NCBI GenBank assembly: GCA_020348945.1
Contig: CP070759.1
Location: 888,936 to 952,935, forward strand
DNA from: Candidatus Bathyarchaeota archaeon
GTDB taxonomy: Archaea; Thermoproteota; Bathyarchaeia; Bathyarchaeales; Bathyarchaeaceae
DNA length: 64,000 nt
Direction of reading: 5' to 3'
The position numbers and the translations under genes are program-made. Position 1 is the first letter of the stretch. Each line of letters begins with the position of its first letter. Below the pieces are notes generated by a model. That model had not been told where the DNA came from and searched no databases. It was given only the letters and a program-made list of their open reading frames with translations. Of the stretch, positions 1 to 9,414 are shown piece by piece.

Positions 1-318
1 AGCCAAACATCCTGTTGCCTTCATTATCCCAACATCTCGCACCCGCTCAGACATGGACAAATAAACAAGAAAAGACGTTACCAGCGCTCCAACCAAAACA
101 TTGAGGAGGGTGACCATGAAAACAAAACGCGAAAACACGTTGGAGAACCCTGTTGTGAGTTTGCCTCCTGTGACCAGAGCGATTTCAAAGCCAACGTTTT
201 CTCCGAAAAGAGTGAGAAAAACCGCTGTAGCGGTGGAAATGATTAACCCAACTATGGTTAAGCCTGTTTGAAACTTTCTTCGCATCAAGTCCTTTACGGG
301 AAAACCTATTTCACTCAT
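1..318 (-). CDS. ABC transporter permease, FtsX/MacB-type, N-terminal part (gene runs off window start)
   Basis: Own translation of minus strand from ATG 318-316: MSEIGFPVKDLMRRKFQTGLTIVGLIISTATAVFLTLFGENVG...SERVRDVGIMKATGCLA. It has an N-terminal TM helix and an RDxGxxKAxG-type motif typical of FtsX-family permeases. The start overlaps the end of the ATPase gene by 8 nt (operon). Not in the ORF track because truncated. Confidence 0.6.
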   Translation of the reverse strand, partial: MSEIGFPVKDLMRRKFQTGLTIVGLIISTATAVFLTLFGENVGFEIALVTGGKLTTGFSNVFSRFVFMVTLLNVLVGALVTSFLVYLSMSERVRDVGIMKATGCLA

Positions 319-1021
319 CTACGACAACGATCCTGCCGTCTCTCAGATGCAGTGTTCGATTTGCCAACTTCACTATTCTTTCATCGTGCGTAGCAACTAG
401 AATGGTTTTTCCCTTAGTTTTCAATTTCTCCATTATCCCAACAATTTCAAGACCTGTTTCTACGTCCAGATTTCCAGTTGGCTCGTCAATGAGGAGAAGA
501 GGAGGATCATTGGCCAAGGCTCTTGCAAAAGCGATACGCTGCTGTTCACCGCCGCTGAGTTGGGCGGGAAAATGGTCAGTTCGATGTGAGAGACCAACTA
601 ACTTCAGCAGTTTTTCTGATCGTTTCTCGACACGATTCCCTGACCAACCAGCTAATTCCATGGGAAACGCAACGTTTTCCAGAGCTGTAAGCGTGGAAAC
701 AAGGTTGTAGGATTGAAAAACAAATCCCACGTAGGCAGAGCGGAAGGTTGCTAGAAAATCCTCATCATAAGTGCTCAGATCATGACCACAAACAACGATT
801 TCTCCACTGGTTGGTTGATCAAGGCCGCCAATGAGGTTTAGAAGTGTTGTTTTTCCAGCGCCTGAGGGACCATAAATCGAAACGAACTCGCCCTCTACAA
901 CTTCAAGGTTTAAGCCTCTTAAAGCGGATATCGTATGACCAGTGATCGGGTACTCCTTGCACAACGCAGAAGCAAAAACCACTTTTTCCTTGATATCTCC
1001 CATCTGCACGGCCCGCATCAT
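311..1021 (-). CDS. ABC transporter ATP-binding protein (MacB/LolD/FtsE-like)
   Basis: Walker A GPSGAGKTT, ABC signature LSGGEQQR, Walker B LLLIDEPT, H-loop VATHD in the 236-aa ORF. Confidence 0.95.
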   Translation of the reverse strand: MMRAVQMGDIKEKVVFASALCKEYPITGHTISALRGLNLEVVEGEFVSIYGPSGAGKTTLLNLIGGLDQPTSGEIVVCGHDLSTYDEDFLATFRSAYVGFVFQSYNLVSTLTALENVAFPMELAGWSGNRVEKRSEKLLKLVGLSHRTDHFPAQLSGGEQQRIAFARALANDPPLLLIDEPTGNLDVETGLEIVGIMEKLKTKGKTILVATHDERIVKLANRTLHLRDGRIVVVDE

Positions 1022-1253
1022 ATAACTTTTAAAGATATAGAAGATAAACTTAACTAACTTTTTAAAATTCTAACCAAAACGAGGGATTTCTACTTTTAAC
1101 GACTATTCATTTTCAGCGCCCTTCAACATAGAAGTAACCATAGATATACAATGTTTGTTATTCTTTGGCAAAGAAAGTGTTATAAGGTGTTTTCATAAAT
1201 ACCTTGTAATTCGGAGGAGAAAATGCCTTTCTTCGTCATATGAGGTGAGAGAA

Positions 1254-1655
1254 ATGACGGCAATGGAAGAAATAGCTGAATATGCTTTCATGGCTTTCGT
1301 GGCGATAGCTATCATAGCTGGGTTGGCAGTGGGCTTCATAGCTTACGACGCTGGAGACTGGAATGCCACATCAGTGGCAGACGCCAACGCTTATGTTACG
1401 CTGATCATGCTGATCCTGGGTGTCATAGTTGGACTCGTAAGCATAACCACGAAAGAGGTTAGGCCTTTCCTTATAGCTTCGATTGCGTTGATGGTGACAA
1501 GAGTTGGGGTGGATGTGTGGGAACCCCTCTCCACAATCCACGGCCTGCTCTCCTACTGGGCAACGGGAATTCTTAACTACATTGTGGCCTTCGTGGCGCC
1601 AGCAGCAGTCATAATATCAATAAGGTCAGTATGGGTCCTAGCACAGAAAAAATAA
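1254..1655 (+). CDS. small integral membrane protein, function unknown
   Basis: ORF 1155-1655. The internal ATG at 1254 is preceded by GAGGTGA. Three or four hydrophobic helices (IAIIAGLAVGFIAY, LIMLILGVIVGLVSI, IVAFVAPAAVIISI). Confidence 0.5.
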   Translation: MTAMEEIAEYAFMAFVAIAIIAGLAVGFIAYDAGDWNATSVADANAYVTLIMLILGVIVGLVSITTKEVRPFLIASIALMVTRVGVDVWEPLSTIHGLLSYWATGILNYIVAFVAPAAVIISIRSVWVLAQKK

Positions 1656-1835
1656 TCTCCCCTTTTTTTGATCACATATTTCCTAATTACATCGAAAGTC
1701 ATCACAGGGAGCAGAGGAAGTTTTCAAGAAGAAGCATCCAGTATAAGTAGCTGCCTTTTCCGCGGAACCCTTTTCAATCAGAAAGCTTTATCTATTCCAA
1801 AACGGGAAAAGAAGCTTCTGATGAGGGAGTACGAA

Positions 1836-3206
1836 ATGAGTGCAGTTTATGAGGAGGAAAACAAAAAACTTGTCGAGAAAACGAAACGCTCTGAAGAAAT
1901 CTACAAGGAAAGTGTTGAAGTAACCCCTTTTGGTGTTCACAGCAACTATCGAGCTATGGATCCCTATCCCATATACTTCACTAAGGGAAAAGGAAGCAAA
2001 TTATGGGACGCCGACGGTAACGAATACATTGACTTTCACATGGCCTTTGGCGTCTTAGTCTCCGGCCATTCGCACCCAGTGCTGGTGGAAGCAATGAAAG
2101 ACAGAATCGCAAACGGCACCATTTTAGGTTTCGAATTCGAGGATTCTTACAAGTTAGCAAAGATTGTGTGCGAACGTTTCGGAGTTGACATGGTAAAGTT
2201 TTCCACCACTGGAGGAGAATCTACAAATTACGCGGTTAGATTTGCAAGAGCCTACACTGAACGAAAAAAAATATTAAAATTTGAGGGATGCTATCACGGT
2301 TTCCCAGACAGTTTTCTAGTAAACGTCAAACCTACAGTGGCTAAGGCAGGGCATCCTAGATTTCCGAATCAGGTTCCCGCGTCTAAGGGAATCTTAGAAG
2401 AAGCGGTCAAACAGACCTTGATAGCGCCTTTCAACGATTTGGAAGCCGTTGAAACGATAATGAAGAAACATGGAAACGAAGTGGCGGCCATCATCTTGGA
2501 ACCCATACCAATGAACATGGGCTACATTCTTCCGAGACCAGGATTCCTAGAAGGACTGAGGAAAATAGCTGACGAATACAATTCAGTTCTCATCTTTGAC
2601 GAAGTTAAGACCAGTGGAAAATTTTACAGAGGAGCCGCTGGATACTTCAAAGTCAAGCCGGACCTTGTAACCATGGCTAAAGCCGTTGCTGGAGGCTACC
2701 CATTGTCGCTTGTAGCTGGGAAAAAAGACATAATGAACGCTGTCGTACCAGGTGCTGTTTCTCATGCAGGCACTTTCAACTCCAACTCGCTCGTCATAAC
2801 CGCAGGGATAGTGACTCTTTCAAAAATACTGACGGAAAAGGCCATGAACGAAGCCACGAAACTTTCCAGGATGCTGGCCAAAGGTTATGAAGACATTATA
2901 AATGACGCTAAAATCCACGCGCTAGTTAAATGGGCTGGAACAAGCGGTACAGTTCACTTCACTAAGGCTAAGAAAATTGAGAACTGGAGAGATTTCCTAA
3001 CTACTGACGTTGCTAGGTGGTTCCTTTACACGGTGATCATGCTGAACAGAGGAATCGTGCCCAGCGCTTTGGGTCCAGATGAACAGTGGACGATTTCTGT
3101 GCAACATACAAAGGAAGACATAGCGAAACACTTGGAGATCTTTAAGGAAATCGCGGGACACGTAAGGAAACTCGACATTGAGATGCCAATAGTTGAAGCA
3201 ATTTAA
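1836..3206 (+). CDS. class-III PLP-dependent aminotransferase (glutamate-1-semialdehyde aminomutase-like)
   Basis: The 512-aa ORF has HemL/GABA-AT-like blocks: WDADGNEYIDFHMAFGVLVSGHSHP, GGESTNYAVRFAR, LIFDEVKTSGK, SHAGTFNSN. Likely start is ATG 1836 (GAGGGA upstream) or 1821; the long N-terminal extension of the ORF is probably untranslated. Confidence 0.85.
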   Translation: MSAVYEEENKKLVEKTKRSEEIYKESVEVTPFGVHSNYRAMDPYPIYFTKGKGSKLWDADGNEYIDFHMAFGVLVSGHSHPVLVEAMKDRIANGTILGFEFEDSYKLAKIVCERFGVDMVKFSTTGGESTNYAVRFARAYTERKKILKFEGCYHGFPDSFLVNVKPTVAKAGHPRFPNQVPASKGILEEAVKQTLIAPFNDLEAVETIMKKHGNEVAAIILEPIPMNMGYILPRPGFLEGLRKIADEYNSVLIFDEVKTSGKFYRGAAGYFKVKPDLVTMAKAVAGGYPLSLVAGKKDIMNAVVPGAVSHAGTFNSNSLVITAGIVTLSKILTEKAMNEATKLSRMLAKGYEDIINDAKIHALVKWAGTSGTVHFTKAKKIENWRDFLTTDVARWFLYTVIMLNRGIVPSALGPDEQWTISVQHTKEDIAKHLEIFKEIAGHVRKLDIEMPIVEAI

Positions 3207-3307
3207 GTTCGGCAGCGACGTCTTGAGGATGACCCCCTCAAACAACTCTTTCTTTTTTTAAAAAAAAGAACTATGTGTCACTAATAATTTGGTAATGTCT
3301 TTCATAA

Positions 3308-4456
3308 TTAATCGATGTAACTTTCCATCTTTTCGTGTATCTGTATGCCTCTCTTTGACAGCTCCTTGAAGAAATCCAAATGGTCGAGACCTGCTTCTGG
3401 AGACAGAACTCCCTTGTTTTCTGTTTTTCCTTTTGCAATCAGCTGGGCTCCAATCGAAAGAGGTATTCCAACATTTTTGCCGTATGCGGATTTTCCATCC
3501 CACTCGCTCATCGATGGATGGTTGTTTTTAAGAGTGATCTTCGCGGGTTTACCATTTTTCTGTCCCACTACTGTAACAATTAAGCCGTAGGCCCAAACGG
3601 GGTTTTTCTTGGCTTCTGGAGTTTGGTAGAGAAAATTGTACATAAAGTCTACTGGTTTCACTTTCTTTCCGTTTACTTCAATTGGCTGTGTTTGGTAAAA
3701 GTTGTATTTCACCATCAATTTGACCAGTTCCATAGTTGCTGGAGGGAAGCATCCTTTTACTTCCACTTTCTGTAGGTCTGGAAACATTTTAGGTAAGGTT
3801 TGTGTTTCTGGATGAGGAATGTAGACAACTTCTTGTCTTCCAATCTGCTCGTGGAATTCTACTATTTGTGCTCCTTCGAAGGGATTAACCTTTATGAATT
3901 CGCCGTTTTTGTAGTAGACTCTTTCTTCTATAGCTGGGTCGAATTCCCAAAAGGTTGTGCGTAATAGACCAGGCGCAATAGCTGTGCTTCGGAAAGCAGC
4001 AAATGCGATCTGCACCTCTTCTGCACGATCAAGTTTACTTATTCCATACTTCGCCATTAGATTAGTTGTGCCAGGTGTAGCTCCGCAGCCAGCTATATAC
4101 GTGATTCCTATTTTTTTCGCCTCTTCGTCGAGGGCAAATTGATTCTCTTCAGCTGAAAGGTCTATGCCATTTGTTCCAGCTTTTATGCAAGCCTTTGTCA
4201 CGTTAAGGTCATACTTGAAAGGTAATGCACAGGCAACGACATCGAAGCCTTTCATTGCGCTAGCAAGTTTATTAACGTTGCTTGCGTCAACTCTAACAAC
4301 TGAAAGTCTCTCGTCTCCTAGTTTAGAGACGACCTCTTTAGCTCTATCAACAGCTATATCTCCTATAACGATCTCTGAAAAATCACTTTTGCTCACTAGG
4401 TCTTTCGTGGTTTCCAAACCCATCGCGCCAACTCCACCTAGAACCAGTATTCGCAT
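3308..4456 (-). CDS. saccharopine dehydrogenase-family NAD(P)-binding oxidoreductase
   Basis: N-terminal Rossmann motif MRILVLGGVGAMG. Length (382 aa) and C-terminal domain layout resemble saccharopine/carboxynorspermidine dehydrogenase family proteins. Confidence 0.8.
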   Translation of the reverse strand: MRILVLGGVGAMGLETTKDLVSKSDFSEIVIGDIAVDRAKEVVSKLGDERLSVVRVDASNVNKLASAMKGFDVVACALPFKYDLNVTKACIKAGTNGIDLSAEENQFALDEEAKKIGITYIAGCGATPGTTNLMAKYGISKLDRAEEVQIAFAAFRSTAIAPGLLRTTFWEFDPAIEERVYYKNGEFIKVNPFEGAQIVEFHEQIGRQEVVYIPHPETQTLPKMFPDLQKVEVKGCFPPATMELVKLMVKYNFYQTQPIEVNGKKVKPVDFMYNFLYQTPEAKKNPVWAYGLIVTVVGQKNGKPAKITLKNNHPSMSEWDGKSAYGKNVGIPLSIGAQLIAKGKTENKGVLSPEAGLDHLDFFKELSKRGIQIHEKMESYID

Positions 4457-4604
4457 TTTAATGGCCTCAGCTATGATTTTGAATGGATTCCTATAAATCT
4501 ATCGTCCTAAGCGACTTCACAAACGCTGTCTGACTAGACCAAACATTTTCTCTATGATCCTCTGAAAAAAGATTCTGCCCAAAGTTGTTAGAGGTCTCCA
4601 AAGC

Positions 4605-4909
4605 GGAGACTTCGTTGATGCTTTTGTATCCGAAAACGCTTCTCCTGAACCGCAAAGAACATCGGTGATACATAGTGACTAGGTAATTCTGGTCCCACCA
4701 ACATCACCTAATATTAACATCGACATGTTGAGAACAATCAGAATTAGCAAGCTTTGCCTACTTAATTTACTTACAAAGCACATGCCTCCATCAAAAAATC
4801 GCGAGACAAACTTCTTTTTAACACAATAAAACGCTGACATCACCAACAAAACCCCTTCTCCGCTCCTCGCTTCAGATTTAGCGGATACAAAAGCATCAAC
4901 GAAGTCTCC
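4605..4909. repeat. perfect 28-bp inverted repeat pair (4605-4632 / 4882-4909) bracketing a 249-bp AT-rich segment
   Basis: GGAGACTTCGTTGATGCTTTTGTATCCG at 4605-4632; 4882-4909 is its exact reverse complement (checked base by base). Confidence 0.9.
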
Positions 4910-4915
4910 CAAAAA

Positions 4916-5569
4916 TCAGCCCAATTCACTTCTTAGTCTCTCTCTTTGTCTATGAATGTATCTTCTGCTATATCCAATGTAAGGGTCCACTGTCTTCGCC
5001 GATTTCCAACCGAACCAAGCTTTCATCTCAGGCAACGTTGTTGTTGGATCTTCAAGAAACCGCGTCGCCCGGTTTAATCGGAAAAAATGAGGATAGTAGC
5101 GGTTCCCCATAACACGTTTAACAACATTGATGGCTGTGCGGGGTGAAAAATCCCAGACTCTGCTCTCCTTGTTTTCTGAGCTATGTCTCGTTGCCTTAAC
5201 TTTCTCTATAATGAGATCTACGTACGGATAGTCAACGGGAACTTCTAACGGTTCTCTTTCGCCACCTTTCTTTGGTGTAGCGTCAACAATCAGCAAACCA
5301 TCTCTAATTAGGAAATCCTCGTTCGTTCTTTCTAGGGCCTCAGCCTTCCTTACCCCAAACCAGTAAAGAAAAGCTAGGAAAGATTTGTGACTCAGCATCT
5401 TGCTTTTAACGAACTTTCCATTTTCCATGGAATTTTTGAAAGTTTGAAAATCTATAGGTGTTGTTATTTTTCCATGCTTGTACTTCGGCAACGATAAACC
5501 ACCTAAGAAGAGACTTGTGCAATTGCGTAAAATGTACCTTTTGCGCAAATTAATATTGTTTTCTAACAT
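4916..5569 (-). CDS. tyrosine recombinase / phage-type integrase (catalytic domain only, 217 aa)
   Basis: Catalytic-residue pattern: R in GVRKAEAL, K in TPKKGG, HxxR in HFFRLNRAT, W in FGWKS, nucleophile Y in DPYIGYSRR. Confidence 0.8.
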   Translation of the reverse strand: MLENNINLRKRYILRNCTSLFLGGLSLPKYKHGKITTPIDFQTFKNSMENGKFVKSKMLSHKSFLAFLYWFGVRKAEALERTNEDFLIRDGLLIVDATPKKGGEREPLEVPVDYPYVDLIIEKVKATRHSSENKESRVWDFSPRTAINVVKRVMGNRYYPHFFRLNRATRFLEDPTTTLPEMKAWFGWKSAKTVDPYIGYSRRYIHRQRERLRSELG

Positions 5570-5651
5570 GCTGCACTATGTCAACATAATTAGCCTTCCC
5601 CTAAATGATAATAGCCGCTGGGTCACTAAAGAAGTGTTCAGTGAAAAACTA

Positions 5652-6119
5652 ATGGAAAAAATTCGCGCCAAAAGTGATCTTCAGAGGTTGCGCAGAAGAG
5701 GTTTTTATAGCGAGGCTGCTTTGGTTAAACTGCTTAAGAAAGAAGGGTACAAGGCTGTCCGGGTGCCAGTTAGCAACCCAAGCAGTAATCCTTTACCTGA
5801 CGTTATCGCAAGATGCGGCCAGCATGTTTATGCTTTTGAAGTGAAAAACGCAAGTTACCGTGCATATTTCCCTAAGGGACAAATTGAAAAGCTGTTTGGT
5901 TTCCTCGACCAGTTTATTCCCCTTTCCCATCAGTATAAACACGCGGTTTTGGCTGCCCACTTTGGCAGACGATGGATATTCCGCGAGATAAGCTGGAAAG
6001 ACTGGGAAGAGAACAAAATAGCTAAGCGAGAACGCATCTTGAAGAAAGATAAAGGTAATCTCAACTTGAAGACCAGTGCGACTCATCGACCTTTACTAGA
6101 CTATGCAATCTCCTCTTAA
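5652..6119 (+). CDS. hjc: Holliday-junction resolvase Hjc-like nuclease
   Basis: From ATG 5652: RRRGFYSEAALVKLLKKEGYKAVRVPVS...LPDVIARCGQHVYAFEVK matches the archaeal Hjc pattern G-x3-E ... VR-P-S ... PD-(I/V)-IA ... E-x-K. The upstream part of ORF 5478-6119 overlaps the integrase start and is probably not translated. Confidence 0.75.
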   Translation: MEKIRAKSDLQRLRRRGFYSEAALVKLLKKEGYKAVRVPVSNPSSNPLPDVIARCGQHVYAFEVKNASYRAYFPKGQIEKLFGFLDQFIPLSHQYKHAVLAAHFGRRWIFREISWKDWEENKIAKRERILKKDKGNLNLKTSATHRPLLDYAISS

Positions 6120-6231
6120 ACATCCTTACTGCTGCAATGAGCAATAACTGTCCATGTAGTTTGATGAATTCACCGCTACCAGTTTCTTCACAAATTTCCA
6201 TGATTGCCCATAATATTCTTCATTCTGCAAA

Positions 6232-6664
6232 ATGAAATCTTTCAGCAAGAGAACAACAAGAATGCAAAATCTAAATGCAAACCTCACAGTTTCGACGCAA
6301 AGCAAGATAGACTTCGCCGACCTCACTAGTCAAGTTGAAGAGAATGTGAGGAAATCAAGCGTCAAAAATGGAGTGGTTCATGTGTTTCCCACAGGCTACA
6401 AGCATCCTCGTCTTGACCGAGCATGAGCCAAAACTGTTAAACGATCTTAACACAGCTCTCAAGAAACTGATTCTAAAGCGAGGTCCCTATCAGCACCCAC
6501 CCAACGCCTATTTCTACATAAAGTCAGTGTTTCTGTGTCCAAACAGAACATGACTAGTGGCTAACGGACGCGTTGCTCTAGGCACCTGACAGCTCTAGGT
6601 CTTCGTCGAAACCGATGTGTATCCTCGGCGAAGAACCGAGATTGTACAGGTGATCGAAAAGTAG
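6232..6664 (+). pseudogene. decayed YjbQ/UPF0047-family gene (one frameshift, three in-frame stops)
   Basis: Frame 1 gives ...NLTVSTQSKIDFADLTSQVEENVRKSSVKNGVVHVF. Frame 2 continues ...ASILVLTEHEPKLLNDLNTALKKLI...YQHPPNAYFYIKSVFLCPNRT*LVANGRVALGT*QL*VFVETDVYPRRRTEIVQVIEK*. Family hallmarks (HTTA-like block, NE, NA-x-HIKS, LGTWQ with W codon now TGA) are recognisable. Confidence 0.75.
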
Positions 6665-7133
6665 CATCCACTTAAGCAGATTTGAACGAGTAGCAAGCAG
6701 GAGCGACGCTAAACTTTGATTTCGAACAAAAGACACAGATACGATTGTTGTTCGATCCTGCTACAACGATTTTGAAGAGGTTTTTTAAAACATTGACTTC
6801 ATAAATGCTTTAGAGAGATGCATTTTTTGCGTCTTTTAACTAAAAAATAAATCATTCGCTCTATTTCGAAACCATTTTCTAGGAAACTGTTGAAAGATGC
6901 TTCAACTCTAAAGTTGGGAATTCTTAATTTTGGAACAGAATCGCCTGTAAACCTCAATTTTCGGTTCTTTTTAACCATCAATCGTTCCCTTCACCACGTC
7001 ATAAAATATGGCAGGTCGCTGTCAAGTCAGCTTATATAAGATTCGAAAAATGTCGTTTTCCTTCTGAAAAAGTTGGGGAAACCAATCAGAAAACTAATCG
7101 GATAATGAAAACTTTTCAGGTTTCTAAGCTTTT

Positions 7134-8234
7134 TTAACGTTTCTTATGTAGCTCAAGTAGCTTCATTACAGCCTCTCGATACACTTGAACGCTGTCCAAG
7201 TATTCCTGAATCCCTATGTGCTCGTTCGGTGTATGGTCTAGATGAGAGTCGCCGGGTCCGTATGTGACCACTGGTGCTTTCAAAGCGTTACCAAGGACGT
7301 TCATATCTCCGGTTCCCGTCTTTCTCAAGAGACGGGGAGAACTAGATCTTACCTTTCTAATTGCCCAAGATAGAGCCCGAACAAGAAGTGAACTCGAATC
7401 TACCTCAAAAGGCTCAATCAGATCCTCAATCTTCACTCTCACTGAGACTCCTAAATTAGCTGCCTGATATTGCATAACCCTTTTGCTGACTTCTTCGAAC
7501 ACTTGCCGGGAAGTAAGCGGAGGCGGAATTCGAAGGTCCATGTAAAGATGACATTTAGATGGAACCGTGGACGCCTCTTTGCCTCCCCGTATTTTAGTCA
7601 GACACGAGGTGATGGAGTAAAAGCGGCTTTCTAATTTTTCTTGAGGAAAATGAAGCTCTTGAATCACTTTCCAGATTTCAATAGCTTTTTCAACAGCGTT
7701 TTCAAAGAGCCAAGGAGCAGCGGAGTGTCCAGCCTGGGTCTCACAGGTTATTTTGAGATGTAGCCGCCCTTTGTATCCGATAGTTATGTTTTCAACGCCG
7801 CTTGGCTCTCCAAATATGGCATAGTCAGGGGAGATTCCGCTTTCTAAGAAGTGTTTAATGCCCTTGCCCTCACCTTCCTCGTCAACTACACCCACAACCA
7901 GAATTTTACCTGGGAGCCTTTTGATGAATGTGGATGATGCGATGATCATTGCCGCGAGAGATGTCTTTGCGTCAACGGCTCCTCGACCGTACAGTTGATT
8001 GTTTTCAACTCGAATGGGTATGCGCCCATGAACCGTGTCCATGTGCCCACATAGTAGAATAATCGGTTTTCCCCGGCCAGTTTCTCCAATTACGTTTCCA
8101 ACATCATCCGTCCATACATGGAAGCCTAAACGCTCCATCTCTGGAGCAAGAAAAACGGAAAGTTCTTCCTCTTCGCCGGATGGGCTGTAGATTTCTAGCA
8201 TCCTAGTTAGGAGGCTAACTGCGTAGTTGCTCAT
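7134..8234 (-). CDS. lysK: [LysW]-lysine/ornithine hydrolase (M20 peptidase, ArgE/LysK)
   Basis: M20 motifs LCGHMDTV, GRGAVDAKTS, VVDEEGEG. Last gene of the lysWXYZJK cluster. Confidence 0.85.
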   Translation of the reverse strand: MSNYAVSLLTRMLEIYSPSGEEEELSVFLAPEMERLGFHVWTDDVGNVIGETGRGKPIILLCGHMDTVHGRIPIRVENNQLYGRGAVDAKTSLAAMIIASSTFIKRLPGKILVVGVVDEEGEGKGIKHFLESGISPDYAIFGEPSGVENITIGYKGRLHLKITCETQAGHSAAPWLFENAVEKAIEIWKVIQELHFPQEKLESRFYSITSCLTKIRGGKEASTVPSKCHLYMDLRIPPPLTSRQVFEEVSKRVMQYQAANLGVSVRVKIEDLIEPFEVDSSSLLVRALSWAIRKVRSSSPRLLRKTGTGDMNVLGNALKAPVVTYGPGDSHLDHTPNEHIGIQEYLDSVQVYREAVMKLLELHKKR

Positions 8235-9414
8235 TTTCCCCTTCCTCTAGAATTGTGCCAAGAACACTGATTACTTTGTCAATTTGCTCCTTTTCTATAA
8301 CTAGAGGTGGTAGGAACCGCAATATGTTTCTTCCAGCGTCAAGGACAAGCACTCCCTTATCCATGGATTGGAGAATTATGTTCAAAATGTCAAATCGGAA
8401 TTCTACGCCAATCATGAGTCCTAGCCCCCGAACCTCTCTCACAATATTGTATCTGGCCTGAAGTTCCTTTAGCTTTTCTTTAAAGTATCGCCCATGCGAT
8501 GCCGCTCTCTCTGGAAGCCTCTCCTCAACCATCACGTCAATTGCGGCGCACGCAGCCGCACAGACGAGCGGATTTCCACTGAAAGTACTTGTGTGTTCCC
8601 CAAGTTTAAAGGAGGACATAATGTTCTCTTTCGCGATTGTTATGCCCAGTGGGAGACCGCCTGCCACCGATTTTGCGAGGCATAAAATGTCAGGAGTGAC
8701 GCCCCAGTGTTCACATGCAAACATCTTTCCAGTGCGGCCAAATCCCGTTTGAACCTCATCAAATATTAATAGGACATCCTCCTCATCACAAATTTCTCTC
8801 AGTTCTTGAAGGAAACCTTTCGGAGGAATTCTAACTCCTCCTTCTCCCCTGATAGGTTCCACGAGTATGGCGGCTGTTTTCTCTGTTATGGCTCCCCTTA
8901 TCTTTTCGAGGTTGTCGGGAGGAACGTGCTTAAAGCCAGGGACTAGAGGCTTGAATGGTTCACGATACTTTTTATTCCATGTTGCGGATAGGGCGCCCAT
9001 GGTTTTTCCGTGAAAGGCAGTCATCATTGCAATTATCTCAGGCGAACCAGAAAACTTGCGTGCTAATTTTATGGCACATTCAACTGATTCAGCGCCGCTG
9101 TTTCCGAGGAAAATTTTGTTGAGGCTTTTGGGGGTTATTTGAACGATCTTTTGCAGAAGCTTGGATCTCTCATCATTGTAGAAGGATCCGTGACAGGAGA
9201 TGAGTGTTTCCGCCTGTCTTTTTATGGCTTCTACAACTTTTGGGTGAGAGTGCCCAACGATGCATACTCCATAGCTGCCTGTGCAGTCTATGTATTCTTT
9301 GCCGTGGATGTCCCAGACTAGGGCTCCTCTGCCCCTGTTGAGAGTAACTGGTCTTTTGGCGTATACATTTGCCATAAGCCTTCTTTCAATGTCTATAACT
9401 TCTTGCTCATTCAC
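8215..9414 (-). CDS. lysJ: [LysW]-aminoadipate semialdehyde / acetylornithine aminotransferase
   Basis: Class-III aminotransferase motifs GSYGVCIVGHSHP, LIFDEVQTGFGRTG, CLAKSVAGGLP. Overlaps neighbours in operon fashion. Confidence 0.9.
   Translation of the reverse strand: MNEQEVIDIERRLMANVYAKRPVTLNRGRGALVWDIHGKEYIDCTGSYGVCIVGHSHPKVVEAIKRQAETLISCHGSFYNDERSKLLQKIVQITPKSLNKIFLGNSGAESVECAIKLARKFSGSPEIIAMMTAFHGKTMGALSATWNKKYREPFKPLVPGFKHVPPDNLEKIRGAITEKTAAILVEPIRGEGGVRIPPKGFLQELREICDEEDVLLIFDEVQTGFGRTGKMFACEHWGVTPDILCLAKSVAGGLPLGITIAKENIMSSFKLGEHTSTFSGNPLVCAAACAAIDVMVEERLPERAASHGRYFKEKLKELQARYNIVREVRGLGLMIGVEFRFDILNIILQSMDKGVLVLDAGRNILRFLPPLVIEKEQIDKVISVLGTILEEGENEQLRS

Noticed and set aside
6551-6598. 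Stop-codon recoding (TGA as Trp/Sec, TAG as Pyl) as an explanation for the interrupted YjbQ gene
   Set aside because: TGA and TAG act as ordinary terminators for many well-supported genes in the window. The gene also carries a frameshift, and no SECIS-like or Pyl context is evident. Pseudogene is the simpler reading.
6660-6780. tRNA-like fragment (GTTCGATCC..., GATTTGAACG...) as a possible att site next to the integrase region
   Set aside because: The flanking bases do not form T-stem or acceptor pairings, and no matching tRNA gene is nearby. Too weak to call.
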